Source: Candidatus Kapaibacterium sp. (lineage in GTDB: Bacteria; Bacteroidota; Ignavibacteria; Kapaibacteriales; UBA2268). Taken from it: 64,000 nt of DNA. Positions 1-10,571 of this stretch are shown in pieces. Location of the stretch: positions 4,704,001-4,768,000 of the forward strand of contig OY762428.1 in the NCBI GenBank assembly GCA_963665665.1, given 5' to 3'. A program made the translations under genes and the position numbers. How positions within the stretch are numbered: position 1 is the first letter of the stretch; every line of letters begins with the position of its first letter. Under the pieces are notes generated by a model, which saw nothing but the letters and a program-made list of their open reading frames with translations, did not search any database and was not told the origin of the DNA.

Positions 1-337
1 CAATCGGATCTACACCGTAGAATTTTGTATCTGCTTTAATCTTAATATTACTGCCGGATTCAGCGAAATCAATCTTCATTCTGCACTGGAATGTCTTATC
101 TTCTTTCAAAGGATTGTAATCTTTAACAAAATTCAGGTCTTTGAGCGTTCCGCCGGCATAGATAGTTTTCTTATCCGATGAGAAGTTAATGGTTTCGAAA
201 CCGGCCATTTCCAGCCATTCGGCGGCTCTGTTGCTAACAACTGAATGTTTTTCATTATACACGGTATCAGTTCCGTCAAGTACCACAATAGTTGCACATC
301 CGGTAAATAGTAATAATATCAGGAAAATCTTTTTCAA
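1..337 (-). CDS. Putative lipoprotein, truncated by the window edge (not in ORF track)
   Basis: Manual translation from TTG at 337, preceded by GGAGG: MKKIFLILLLFTGCATIVVLDG... with a lipobox (FTG-C); frame stays open to position 1. Confidence 0.7.
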   Translation of the reverse strand, partial: MKKIFLILLLFTGCATIVVLDGTDTVYNEKHSVVSNRAAEWLEMAGFETINFSSDKKTIYAGGTLKDLNFVKDYNPLKEDKTFQCRMKIDFAESGSNIKIKADTKFYGVDPI

Positions 338-408
338 AACAGCCTCCGAAATTTATCAATCATTTAGTATAATAACAAAACAAAACATAAGAAGTTTACA
401 AACAAAAA

Positions 409-1833
409 TTATTTTTTCAATTCCATAAGCACTATTGATTCAGTGTGCCATGTATGAGGGAACATGTCAACAGGCTGAGCTTCAAGAATATTAAATTTTT
501 CCGACATAAGCTCAAGGTCTCTCGCCTGGGTTGCAGGATTGCAGCTGACATACACAATCCTTTCAGGGGCGACTTCAAGAATATGATTTACAAGATTCTT
601 GTGCATGCCTGCTCTTGGCGGATCAATTAATATTATATCCGGCCCGGGCAGGGAATTAAGAAGTTCGGGCATGTTCTTTGCATGAAGGTCTGCGCAGTGG
701 AATACAGCGTTGGCAATATTATTTCTTTCAGCATTTTCCCTTGCATCTTTGATTGAACTTTCAACAAGTTCTATCCCAAATATTTTATTACATTTTGTAG
801 CTGCCGGGAGAGTTATTGATCCCGTTCCACAATACAGGTCCCAAACAATATTTTCAGGTTTGATGCCTGCATAATCTATGATACGGGAAATAAACCTGTT
901 CAACTGCTTCGAGTTAGTTTGAAAAAACGAGAATGGCGAGATACGATATAGTATACCGAGAATATCCTCGCTTATATAACCTGTTCCCTTAATGATCTCT
1001 GGTTTTCCATAAGCAACCGGCGATATTTCATTATTCACAGAATGCAGAATGGTAGTGATTTCGTCAATTTTTGCGGGGAAATCATTATAATACCATTCCA
1101 TAAATTTTTCATCCTCCGGAGTCAATGGCCTGCCTGTTACCAGGATAAGCATGATTTGATTTTCATATTCGCTTGTCCTGATGATCAGGCTGCGCAGAAG
1201 CCCTTCATGCTTGTAATCATTCCAGGGTGTTGCTCCTGTATCAAGCGCTTTGTCTCTTATAGTGTTTAGTATCCTGTTTCCGAGAGGATTCTGAATATGA
1301 CATTCTCTGACGTCGATAACTTTATCAAACCTTCCGGGCACATGAAGCCCAAGAGCGAAGTTCTTCATTTCAATATCTTCATCTGATTGAATTTCCTTTT
1401 CTGTCATCCAGCGGGAAGCCCCGAAAGAAAACTCCATTTTGTTCCTGTAATTATATTCATCAGGAGAAGGCATCGTATCATGATAAACCGGGCAGTCGAT
1501 CTTTCCAATTCTTTCGAACGGGTCGGTTACAGATTGTTTCTTCCACTTCAGCTGGCTTTTGTAATCCAGGTTTTGCCATGAACAACCACCGCACTCGCCA
1601 AAATAAATACATTTAGGGGCAACCCTTTCCGGCGAATTTTCAACTATTTCCTGTACCCTGGCTTCAAAAAATTTTTTCTTCTTTTTTAATATCTGTGCAA
1701 TAACAATATCGCCCGGTACACCGCCCTTTACAAAATAGACAACATTATCCCTGCGGGCAACTCCTACTCCCTTGGCACCTACAGAATCGATTTTCAATTC
1801 CACCGGCGGCCTGTTTTTTCTTTTTCTTGCCAT
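409..1833 (-). CDS. rlmD: 23S rRNA (uracil(1939)-C5)-methyltransferase RlmD/RumA
   Basis: N-terminal TRAM domain, CxxFxxCGGC Fe-S motif, SFFQTN, DLYCGTG, DPPRAG, YVSCNPAT, DMFPHTWHTES. Confidence 0.93.
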   Translation of the reverse strand: MARKRKNRPPVELKIDSVGAKGVGVARRDNVVYFVKGGVPGDIVIAQILKKKKKFFEARVQEIVENSPERVAPKCIYFGECGGCSWQNLDYKSQLKWKKQSVTDPFERIGKIDCPVYHDTMPSPDEYNYRNKMEFSFGASRWMTEKEIQSDEDIEMKNFALGLHVPGRFDKVIDVRECHIQNPLGNRILNTIRDKALDTGATPWNDYKHEGLLRSLIIRTSEYENQIMLILVTGRPLTPEDEKFMEWYYNDFPAKIDEITTILHSVNNEISPVAYGKPEIIKGTGYISEDILGILYRISPFSFFQTNSKQLNRFISRIIDYAGIKPENIVWDLYCGTGSITLPAATKCNKIFGIELVESSIKDARENAERNNIANAVFHCADLHAKNMPELLNSLPGPDIILIDPPRAGMHKNLVNHILEVAPERIVYVSCNPATQARDLELMSEKFNILEAQPVDMFPHTWHTESIVLMELKK

Positions 1834-1956
1834 AACCTGCCTTTTTCTTTCCCGCCATTAATTAACAAATTCTTAACAGTAATTATATTTTAACTACACT
1901 TTAAAATCTTAATTTATCACTTGTTATTAAATTTACTAAAAAAACAGTAAAGAAAA

Positions 1957-2859
1957 ATGAGTGAAAAGAATTTTCCTGAAATTAAAATGAGTAAAACAGA
2001 GTTATCAAGACTGATTGATGATTTTATTGATAATTGTTCCGATAAAAGCAGGCAAACCAGGCTGACATACATGCGGGCTTTGAATGAATTTGTCAGATTC
2101 TTTAACAGGGATAAAAAGTTTCTGTTTGCAGTGTCAGATGTGAAAAGATATATAAGGTATCTGAAAAACCGTAAACAGATGAAAGATTACTCTCTGATAA
2201 CATATCTTACGGCATTAAGAAGATTTTTTCGCTATTTAGTAGGAAGGGGAGTATTAAAAACCAATCCTGCCAAAAAGATCAAGATTAAAATTAGAGAAAA
2301 ATCAGATAAAATATCCTATTTAACTGAAAATGAACTTGTTGAACTGATTAACAACCTTGGGAGCGATTCCATTGCCGATACCAGGGATTCTGCAATTATC
2401 AGCCTGATGGTGGTTTGTGCACTTAGCGAGCAGGAAATATCATCGCTTAATATTGAAAATATCATTATTGATAATAATATTTTCCTTGAAATACCAGGGC
2501 AAAAAGAAAAAACAGAAGTAAATGCACCAGCCTCATCTGTTTTACAAAAATATATCAGCAGCATAGATAATGAAACAGGTGATAATCCACTATTCTATAG
2601 TTTCAGCAATCGTTCAAAATATGAAAGGATCAGTATCAGGGGTGTAAGAGAAATTATCAAGCAGAGGCTTAAAGATCATTTCAGCGAACAAAGTGAAAAG
2701 AAGATCACTCCCTATATACTTCACCACAGCGCCGGTATCATGATGGCCGCAAGCGGTAAATCAGTAGAGGATATTAAAAAACGCTTTAATATCAAGGTTG
2801 ACAAAATTGCAGAACAATATTTTAATTTTGTTGAGGATTTCAAAGCAAAAGTAGTTTAA
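1957..2859 (+). CDS. XerC/XerD-like tyrosine recombinase-family protein with degenerate catalytic motifs
   Basis: SAM-like N domain (LTALRRFFRYL...NPA) and RDSAIISL box I; GLR replaced by ALS, HxLRH by YILHH, LGH by FNI. Confidence 0.75.
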   Translation: MSEKNFPEIKMSKTELSRLIDDFIDNCSDKSRQTRLTYMRALNEFVRFFNRDKKFLFAVSDVKRYIRYLKNRKQMKDYSLITYLTALRRFFRYLVGRGVLKTNPAKKIKIKIREKSDKISYLTENELVELINNLGSDSIADTRDSAIISLMVVCALSEQEISSLNIENIIIDNNIFLEIPGQKEKTEVNAPASSVLQKYISSIDNETGDNPLFYSFSNRSKYERISIRGVREIIKQRLKDHFSEQSEKKITPYILHHSAGIMMAASGKSVEDIKKRFNIKVDKIAEQYFNFVEDFKAKVV

Positions 2860-2873
2860 ACAAACTTAACCCA

Positions 2874-2922
2874 AAAAACAGGACTGCCGGTATTTTTTTT
2901 TATTAGGGGCAGTCCTGTTTTT
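2874..2922. terminator. Bidirectional intrinsic terminator-like hairpin
   Basis: AAAAACAGGACTGCC / GGCAGTCCTGTTTTT inverted repeat between convergent genes. Confidence 0.7.
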
Positions 2923-2934
2923 CTTTTTTTAATA

Positions 2935-4989
2935 TCATCGGCTAATAACAAATGATTTTCTTAAAATTTTATTATCTGCTTCAATGTTGAGAAAATATAT
3001 ACCATTATTTAATCCGGTAATATCTATCTGATTATCACCGTTTGTTAAAATCATATTTGACAATATTTTATTTCCCATATTATCATATATATCAGCGGGG
3101 AAATTATTTCGGGCACTTCCTTTGTATTGCAGGGAGACTAATAGCTGGCCTGCCGAAGGGTTGGGATAAACCAAACAACAATTAGATATTTCTTTACTGT
3201 CAACGCTTAGTATATCAGCCTTGCTTCTCCAAACTCCCTTATCGGTAGATATATAAAGCCTGCTATCAGCACCAAGCACCATTGAATAAAATGTTCTGCC
3301 GCTCAAATCTCCGGTTATATCGGTTAATTCTTCTGTTGAAGCGTCTTTCCTGAATATTTTATCCGGGTGGGCAGCTATATAAACATCCCCGTTCGGAGCT
3401 ATTACAAGCCCCCTGGCAACTCTGCCGGTAGCATCCCATTCAGCTTTATTCCAACTAATACCATTATCGGTTGTTGACAAAATTCCAGCTGCTGTTCCAA
3501 ATAAAGTCTCACCAGTATTATAATTATGCGCATAGGACCATAGAGTACCGGCAGCTCCGTTTGCCACCTGACTCCAGGTTAGCCCTTTGTCTGAAGTACG
3601 GTATAAGCCGTCGTAATTCGAACCTGCTATAACCGAACCATCCCGCATGCCGAAAATATCAACAATTTGGTGCTTAGGAACTACATCGGATTCATACCAG
3701 TTATTACCCATATTATCGGACATATAAATTCCATTCAGAGTTCCAAGATAAACTACACCATCGGAATAATATACTGACAGGCCTGTATATTCGCCATAGC
3801 CAACTCTTGACCAGCTATTTCCTCTGTCAGGTGAGTACGAACATGGATTGTCTATCCATATAGTATCTCCCTTTGCATATATGTTTTCAAGTGGTTTGTA
3901 ACTGTGATTATATTTGCCACTCCATCTATTATTTGTCGTTGAATAAACATTTAATCCCGAAAAATTGGATATCCCGGCAATTCCGTCTTCGCCAACATTT
4001 ACCAGGCTGTAAACTACAGATGACGGAGCTCCTTCGAACATTGGAACGGCTCTTCGTTCATCGGGTTTCCACAAGTAAAAAATTATTTCACCTTTAAAAA
4101 ATGATCCGACAATAACCTGATTGTTGTTTACAATAAATGCTTTATGGGTATTCATATAAGTGTCGTTTTCAATAAATTCACCGTCTTTTGTCAGAATTCT
4201 GGATAATCCTAAATCATAGAAGTTCCCTTCATTGTCAATTATTTTGGGGTGGAATTCTGAATCAAATTGATCAGAAATATCAATCCAGTTTTGTCCATAA
4301 TCGTTGGATTCCCAGCATTTATTTAAAAACAAATAGAACTTATTCGATTTTTTATGATAGAATAAAGTAGAAGATGGTGAAAAATATTCGGGCAGGTCGA
4401 TTGATGAATTTTCTTCAGTTGCCGGATCAAAACATATAATTTTTTTGGATAGCAGTGAACCGGAAAAAAAGTAAAGCTTATCATTGGCAATACAAGGCGA
4501 AGAAACAATTCCATAATTAGTATAGGCGTTTTCAGGATCGGTACATTGCCATGATTCCCCGCCGTCAATAGAGTATTGAATTTTGCCACTTGAAATAATA
4601 AAGCAATTTTGCCCGTCCGAGACAAATTCAATACAGCTATAGTTGAGTTCTCCCAAAAATGAGAAACTTTCTCCATTATCATTTGTAAAATATCCATTAT
4701 AATAATCAAATATCAACCATTTATTTCTGTTTATTAAACCAACTTGAATAATTTCATAAGTTGTAACAGGAGTAACAACCTTGTTCCATCCCATGTTAAT
4801 ATCATCAGCAAAAACAATTTCACCATCTTCAGTTAATCCCAATGCATATTTTTCGGTTGGAATTGTTGAAATATCAATCAATTTGCAGCCTCCGGGGCCG
4901 TTTGTGTATTCCCACTCAATTGAAAATGATTTTGAAAATGAAATAATAACAACGATAAACAGAACAGTAAGTCTCATATCAACCTCCAA
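2935..4989 (-). CDS. Secreted BNR/Asp-box beta-propeller protein with T9SS C-terminal sorting domain
   Basis: Signal peptide, repeated SxDxGxxW Asp-boxes, C-terminal VYPNP...GIYFL...K motif. Confidence 0.8.
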   Translation of the reverse strand: MEVDMRLTVLFIVVIISFSKSFSIEWEYTNGPGGCKLIDISTIPTEKYALGLTEDGEIVFADDINMGWNKVVTPVTTYEIIQVGLINRNKWLIFDYYNGYFTNDNGESFSFLGELNYSCIEFVSDGQNCFIISSGKIQYSIDGGESWQCTDPENAYTNYGIVSSPCIANDKLYFFSGSLLSKKIICFDPATEENSSIDLPEYFSPSSTLFYHKKSNKFYLFLNKCWESNDYGQNWIDISDQFDSEFHPKIIDNEGNFYDLGLSRILTKDGEFIENDTYMNTHKAFIVNNNQVIVGSFFKGEIIFYLWKPDERRAVPMFEGAPSSVVYSLVNVGEDGIAGISNFSGLNVYSTTNNRWSGKYNHSYKPLENIYAKGDTIWIDNPCSYSPDRGNSWSRVGYGEYTGLSVYYSDGVVYLGTLNGIYMSDNMGNNWYESDVVPKHQIVDIFGMRDGSVIAGSNYDGLYRTSDKGLTWSQVANGAAGTLWSYAHNYNTGETLFGTAAGILSTTDNGISWNKAEWDATGRVARGLVIAPNGDVYIAAHPDKIFRKDASTEELTDITGDLSGRTFYSMVLGADSRLYISTDKGVWRSKADILSVDSKEISNCCLVYPNPSAGQLLVSLQYKGSARNNFPADIYDNMGNKILSNMILTNGDNQIDITGLNNGIYFLNIEADNKILRKSFVISR

Positions 4990-5082
4990 TAATTGAGTAA
5001 TGTTTGTAATATCAATTAACTAAATTAATTAGCATTAATTTTCATTGAAATAATAAATTGTACTAAAGCCGGGGGCTTCTAT

Positions 5083-5529
5083 TTAAAAAGCTGAAATCAA
5101 TATTTCTCTTTGGTCTTCATTTTCCTCATTGGTCAGGATCTCTACTTTATAAGAAGTTCGTGGTATAGCTCCTTTTGATTTTTCAGGCCATTCAATCACT
5201 TTAATTGAATTATCTGCATAAATGCATTCCTCAAATCCTATCTCTGCAAGGTCGTCGGCATTCTTAATACGATACAGGTCTATATGATAGATAGGGAATT
5301 CCTCGTCCTCAAAAGTTCCGAAATATTGATTGATAATTGTAAATGTCGGGCTGGATACAATTTCTTCAACTTCAAAGAAACTGCAAATGCCCTTCACAAA
5401 TTCAGTTTTACCTGCCCCAAGGTCGCCGTGAAGTTCCACAATATCTCCCGGTTTAAGTCTTCCGGCAAATTCTTCGCCGAGTTCAATTGTTTCGTCTTCG
5501 CTGAATGTAATATACTTCTCTGTTTCCAT
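5083..5529 (-). CDS. tsaE: tRNA threonylcarbamoyladenosine biosynthesis ATPase TsaE
   Basis: GDLGAGKT, VSSPTFTI, HIDLYR and IEWPE motifs. Confidence 0.95.
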   Translation of the reverse strand: METEKYITFSEDETIELGEEFAGRLKPGDIVELHGDLGAGKTEFVKGICSFFEVEEIVSSPTFTIINQYFGTFEDEEFPIYHIDLYRIKNADDLAEIGFEECIYADNSIKVIEWPEKSKGAIPRTSYKVEILTNEENEDQREILISAF

Positions 5530-5670
5530 TCATATAATATATGAAAATTTTCCGAATAAACCGAATAGAAGATTTTGCGGGGGAGTGTTGTAGAATAATC
5601 GCCATAAAAAAAATACTGATTAATATCAGCATTCAAAAAATTGTAAGGGCACAGTAAAATTAGTAGCAAT

Positions 5671-6786
5671 CTAAAATTCAAACATAAGAGACAAATGATG
5701 TGATATTCCTGTTGTTGAAATGTAATCGCTTGTAATACTGTAGTCGATATGTGTATTGAAAGGAATATCCTGTATTTCAGGCCTTATCGATACCCCGCCA
5801 CCCCATGTATTCATAGGGAAAAGTTGAGGTTGTCCGAGTTTTTCACCGTAAACACCTATCCCGGCACGGAACGCAATAAGTTCGTGAAGAACTGCTTCTG
5901 CCCCGATAACGAGCTTGGGTGAGCGTTCGAACTGAGTCATCATCAGGTCGGCGCTGAAAAGGATATATCTTGTAGCAGGCTCAATAACTTCAATTACTTC
6001 ACCATTTATATCACGTGTTGTATAAGAATCATCATTAAGCCCATACTCCATTGCAATACCGGTTCTTATTGTATATGGAACAGGTTCCTGGTCTTCACTT
6101 TCGGTATTCCAGAACATCATTCCGGAAATATTATTGACAGAAACTCCGAAAGAGAACAGGTCTGCAACGTTGAATTTCATTCCGAGGTCAACAGCATAAC
6201 CATCGGCACAGGTATTCGAGCCAGAAAGATTATTTGACAGATATTTAAAAGATGCACCGAGAGAAGCAAATTCAATCCTGTATCCAAGCGCTCCGACAAA
6301 TGAATAGGACCAGTCAGTCAACGTCCCGAGAGGATTGCCTTTTATATCTCGCCCCATGAATGAGCCTGATGAGAAACTGTTCAGACCAAAACCAATACCA
6401 AGATTGTCATATATAGATTGCCCGTAGGACAATACGGCATGTTTCCTACCGAATTCCAGGAAAGAATATGATGTTGATACCAGAGGTTCAGGCCCGAAAA
6501 AGGCAAGCCCGGAAGGATTATAGAAAATTGCATTGGGTTCGTTAACTATTGCAGAATAGGCTCCTGCCATAGAAAGCGGCCTTGCACCGACATCTCTGAG
6601 AAGATATGCTTCAGAATATCCTGCTCCTGACGACTGGGCATAAAGCCTGAATGGTATCGATACTGCTAATAGTAATAGATATAACAACAATGTCAGGAAA
6701 AACCTGATCAGTTTCTTTCTTATATTGCCGGATATTTCAGGATAAATTGTTCCTGATAGTGTTCCGGGTTCAGTATGTGAAGTCAT
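5671..6786 (-). CDS. PorV/PorQ-family outer-membrane beta-barrel (T9SS accessory)
   Basis: GARPLSMAGAYSA...AIFYNPSGLA N-terminal motif, DLG strands, terminal aromatic residue (FEF). Confidence 0.8.
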   Translation of the reverse strand: MTSHTEPGTLSGTIYPEISGNIRKKLIRFFLTLLLYLLLLAVSIPFRLYAQSSGAGYSEAYLLRDVGARPLSMAGAYSAIVNEPNAIFYNPSGLAFFGPEPLVSTSYSFLEFGRKHAVLSYGQSIYDNLGIGFGLNSFSSGSFMGRDIKGNPLGTLTDWSYSFVGALGYRIEFASLGASFKYLSNNLSGSNTCADGYAVDLGMKFNVADLFSFGVSVNNISGMMFWNTESEDQEPVPYTIRTGIAMEYGLNDDSYTTRDINGEVIEVIEPATRYILFSADLMMTQFERSPKLVIGAEAVLHELIAFRAGIGVYGEKLGQPQLFPMNTWGGGVSIRPEIQDIPFNTHIDYSITSDYISTTGISHHLSLMFEF

Positions 6787-6787
6787 G

Positions 6788-7288
6788 CTACCTCGCGACT
6801 ATAAATTTACCGGTCAGCCTGAAATTCTTTCCGTGAATCGTACAAATATAAACGCCGTTTGGGAGTTTCCAGGATTGAATGATATATTCCATCTCCCTGA
6901 CCGGCTGCCCTTTGTAAACCTCCAGAACTTGTTTTCCAAGGAGGTTGAAAACCTCGATTACAATATCGTTATCATAGTTTTCCAGTTCAATTTTCAAGGC
7001 ATGATTTCCGCCTTTTTCAACCAGGTATTTAATACGGTTTTTGTTTGATACCGTGTCTGCCTCGGTTTTAAGGCTGTCTGCCTCTTTCATGTTAATAATA
7101 CCATTAGCAAATTTTATGCCATCGGCTGGTTCAACATTGGAAAGAATGTGCTTCATGCTGTATTTTCCAGGAAGCATATATGGGGGGACAGGATAATACT
7201 GTGCAAATATACCGGTGCAGGCTACAGCAAGTAGTATCCATGTTAGTAAAAAATACTTAAAATATTTGGTAAATTTAGTCATCTTCAA
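6788..7288 (-). CDS. Small secreted protein consisting mostly of a T9SS C-terminal domain
   Basis: Signal peptide; IEVFNLLGKQV...LPNGVYIC...GKFIV CTD pattern. Confidence 0.7.
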   Translation of the reverse strand: MKMTKFTKYFKYFLLTWILLAVACTGIFAQYYPVPPYMLPGKYSMKHILSNVEPADGIKFANGIINMKEADSLKTEADTVSNKNRIKYLVEKGGNHALKIELENYDNDIVIEVFNLLGKQVLEVYKGQPVREMEYIIQSWKLPNGVYICTIHGKNFRLTGKFIVAR

Positions 7289-7319
7289 ATCAAAAATTAT
7301 TGTCTGTATAGTTTAAATA

Positions 7320-8906
7320 TCATTTCTTCTTCTTTTTAACGGAAAATTTCCGCTCAAGTTCTGATTTTTTTCCACTGTCCTTTTCCAGGTCTTTAAGTTT
7401 CCTTCTCATCTCTATCCCGCTTTTTTCAACTCCGATCTTTTTTGCCGAGTGGCTTATGTTATCTGAATCCTTATCTTTATCAAAGTCAAATTCCTGGATA
7501 TTTTTGTTTAAATTTTCTTTTTTCTGACGATTAAGTTTCATTGCTAATCTTGATTTTGGGTCATTATCTTCAATTTTATTTTTAGCAGCCCTTTTTGCCG
7601 CAATTTCTTCTCTTTCTTTATCAGCTCTCATTTTTTCAAGGATCTCTGATAATTTATCGGGATCCGGTTTATTAGAATATTTCTTTTCCATCTCGGCTTC
7701 TCTTGCCTTAATTTTTTCCTGAGTTTTTTTCTTTTGTTCTTCCCGATAAGCCTGTGCCGCTTTTATTTCTGCTGCTTTTCTTGTATTATATCGCGATTCC
7801 GCAAAAGGTTCTTCCATCGTGTCGTAAAGCTTTTTCATCCGGCCTTTTCTCCATCTAAGATAGGCTGCCGTTATTGCTATTGCTACAAAAACAATAAAAC
7901 CAATAATATAAACAATGATCTTTCCAAACCAGTCCGGAACGAAAGGGCTGGGTTCTGATTCATCATAATCTTTTCCCGAGGATTCAACCCCGGCAGATAC
8001 AGAATCGCGGTCGAACAATTTAGCAAAGCGACTATCTTCGCTGCTGTCAGCTTTTGCCGTATCAATAGTTATTGAAAAAACCGTATCGGACAAAGCCGGA
8101 TCGTCGAATATAGCCCTGACAAAATCGCCTGCCCTTTCTGTATAAGAACTATCACCTGTAATCGGAGAAATCACAGGATATTTTTTTACACCTGTCAAAT
8201 TTTTGAATATTCCGCCAAAGAAATCAGATCTTTTATCAAACCCATATTTTTTAAGTAACTGGGCAGCAGCTGCATAAGTATCGGGAATATCAGTTTTTGC
8301 AACAAGGGCTTTGTGAATATAGCGGCTGCTTTCTTCAATATCGCCTTTTTTAAGTTTCAACAATCCAAGTAGAGCTGTTGATTCAATATGGCCGAAAGAA
8401 GCTGCAATTTCCAGCTCTTCTTCGGATTTGGAGTCTATACCGTCCATCATGGCAAGTTGTGCCGTACGGTAATGGTCCTGAACAGGCGTCAGGTTGTTCC
8501 ATGTGAAAACTTCAACCATCAATGCTCTTGACCATTTTTGCAGAATTGCAGTATATCCGCGTTTTTCGTTTAGCAAAATACTTATTTCACAATCTGACTC
8601 TTTCTGACGTATATAAATTTCGTTATATATTCCGGAAAATGATTTATTCCTAAGTCCTTCAGGAACAATACATTCTTGTATTTGAATGCTGATCTTTTTT
8701 TTATCTTCTGATAGTTCGGAAGTATATTTTTCTGGTAATTCATCAAAATATATCATCAGCCGTTTTTCAGGTGAATTATTTATTTTGCGGATATTGACAG
8801 CCGAATATAAGTCGGTAGCAAGAATCAACAATAATATAAATATTACCGAAACGTAACTGCTATGTTTTAATATTTTTTTCATATCAATTACCATTATCAT
8901 TTTCAT
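7320..8906 (-). CDS. Hypothetical membrane-anchored protein (periplasmic domain with TPR-like helices, one TM helix, charged tail)
   Basis: 528-aa ORF; N-terminal signal, hydrophobic IIVYIIGFIVFVAIAITAAYL followed by a basic stretch. Confidence 0.6.
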   Translation of the reverse strand: MKMIMVIDMKKILKHSSYVSVIFILLLILATDLYSAVNIRKINNSPEKRLMIYFDELPEKYTSELSEDKKKISIQIQECIVPEGLRNKSFSGIYNEIYIRQKESDCEISILLNEKRGYTAILQKWSRALMVEVFTWNNLTPVQDHYRTAQLAMMDGIDSKSEEELEIAASFGHIESTALLGLLKLKKGDIEESSRYIHKALVAKTDIPDTYAAAAQLLKKYGFDKRSDFFGGIFKNLTGVKKYPVISPITGDSSYTERAGDFVRAIFDDPALSDTVFSITIDTAKADSSEDSRFAKLFDRDSVSAGVESSGKDYDESEPSPFVPDWFGKIIVYIIGFIVFVAIAITAAYLRWRKGRMKKLYDTMEEPFAESRYNTRKAAEIKAAQAYREEQKKKTQEKIKAREAEMEKKYSNKPDPDKLSEILEKMRADKEREEIAAKRAAKNKIEDNDPKSRLAMKLNRQKKENLNKNIQEFDFDKDKDSDNISHSAKKIGVEKSGIEMRRKLKDLEKDSGKKSELERKFSVKKKKK

Positions 8907-10239
8907 TATAAACAGGTAAAAATACTTTAAAAGTAATCCCCCGGTTCTCGTTATTGATTAGTTCAATCTTGCCTTCGAGCTTCTTAATTAATTTATCAAT
9001 ATGATACAGGCCTTGGCCTGGTTGCTTATACCCGGGATTTAAAATGCCGATATCAATATCAGAAGCGAACCTGTTATTATCTGAAATTGTTATGGCCATA
9101 AAATTATTATCCTTCATCAGGAAACTTACTGAAACAGCTTCTGCTTCCTGAAGCCGGTCCGCAAGGAAAGTAAACAGGTCCAGTATTATCTGAAAAAGTT
9201 CCGCCGGATTACATTTTGCGGCTTCGGCGATAACAGTACTGGAATAATTCAATCTTATTCCCAAACGTCTTGACAGAATATCAAGAATAGTTTCCATACG
9301 ATTAATGAACATCTCAAGATTGGTTGTGTTTTTATACTTAATGCTCATGTTTATCAGGTCGGAATAAAGCTTGTTTATCCTTATAAGCCTGTCGGTTTCT
9401 TCAGTGATTATCCTTTTTCTTCTATCCTGATTCTCAAGTCCGGCATTAAGCATATCTTCATGAGCTTTTATCGATCTGCTGTAAAGGCCGGATTGCCTGA
9501 AAAAAATTTCGAACATTTTCCCGAGGCCTGCATTACGGGAATAATTAATGATCTCGCGATCGATATTTTCGGCTTTGGAAGAACAATTTTTAAATTCCGA
9601 TTCATAATCGAGCAAACCAATTCCGGATGCTGCTGCTGTTAATAATATCTTTATTTCCGTATTATTTTGGAAATTGTTTATGCCAGGATCAGTACCTGAT
9701 GATGCGCAAAATATTAGCCTGGTATCCGGTATCAACCGAATCGGAATTAGCAGGCAGAATGCAACATGAGAAACATTGTCTTTATTGAAATTAGGTACAA
9801 CTGTAGCTTTTCTTGAATCAAATATCCAATCAAGAATTCCTTGTTCCCGGAAACCATACAATAATGGTTTCAAAGACTGTGAACTTAAACTATTATCAAC
9901 AAGTTCAATTTCGGAATTACTATTGATCCTGAAAAAACTACAATCAATCATATCATAATTCTTATTGAAATAGTCATTAATTAAACCGATAATATCATTA
10001 GTGCCACACTTCGTGCTGATTTCTTCCAACAAACTGAAGAAACCGGCCTGATCATTTTCTCTTTCAGGGCCAGGTGCATCCAGTAATTTTTCCTTTAACC
10101 TGCTGACTTCTTTTTTTAAAACATTTACAGACATTTCCAATGCCCTGATATATTCAGAGTTGTTTTCGCTGTGATCGTTATTATTTATATTATTTTCTAT
10201 TCCAGAAGCCATTGGAAATTTTATCTTAATTAATATCAA
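8884..10239 (-). CDS. Degenerate sensor histidine kinase-like protein (GAF-like + HATPase remnant)
   Basis: C-terminal ELFQIILDL, ITISDN, GQGLY...LEGKIEL...GITFKVFLP; no H-box histidine recognisable. Confidence 0.6.
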   Translation of the reverse strand: MILIKIKFPMASGIENNINNNDHSENNSEYIRALEMSVNVLKKEVSRLKEKLLDAPGPERENDQAGFFSLLEEISTKCGTNDIIGLINDYFNKNYDMIDCSFFRINSNSEIELVDNSLSSQSLKPLLYGFREQGILDWIFDSRKATVVPNFNKDNVSHVAFCLLIPIRLIPDTRLIFCASSGTDPGINNFQNNTEIKILLTAAASGIGLLDYESEFKNCSSKAENIDREIINYSRNAGLGKMFEIFFRQSGLYSRSIKAHEDMLNAGLENQDRRKRIITEETDRLIRINKLYSDLINMSIKYKNTTNLEMFINRMETILDILSRRLGIRLNYSSTVIAEAAKCNPAELFQIILDLFTFLADRLQEAEAVSVSFLMKDNNFMAITISDNNRFASDIDIGILNPGYKQPGQGLYHIDKLIKKLEGKIELINNENRGITFKVFLPVYNENDNGN

Positions 10240-10571
10240 AACGCTGCACCTGCACTTTGCAAAAGCTATTGTAAATATACAAAAAAATGATACGAATATT
10301 TACTATAATTTTAAAAAGTTTATCCTTATTGGCAAGCAGGCCTGATAAATTTGTTATTAAACAAAAGTTCAGCAGCTGTATGTAAAAAATGATATAAATT
10401 TTACCTTGCATTTCAAAAGAATCAGGAAGGCAAATTAGGCTCAGCAAGGTGCGAAATCATTTCCCGCAGTTTATTAGATGGATAATACATTAGATTTCTA
10501 TGATTAGCATATTTTAAAAATTTGTTTTTTTGTTTGATTTTTAATAATTTTAAAATAAACTATTTTTCGTT

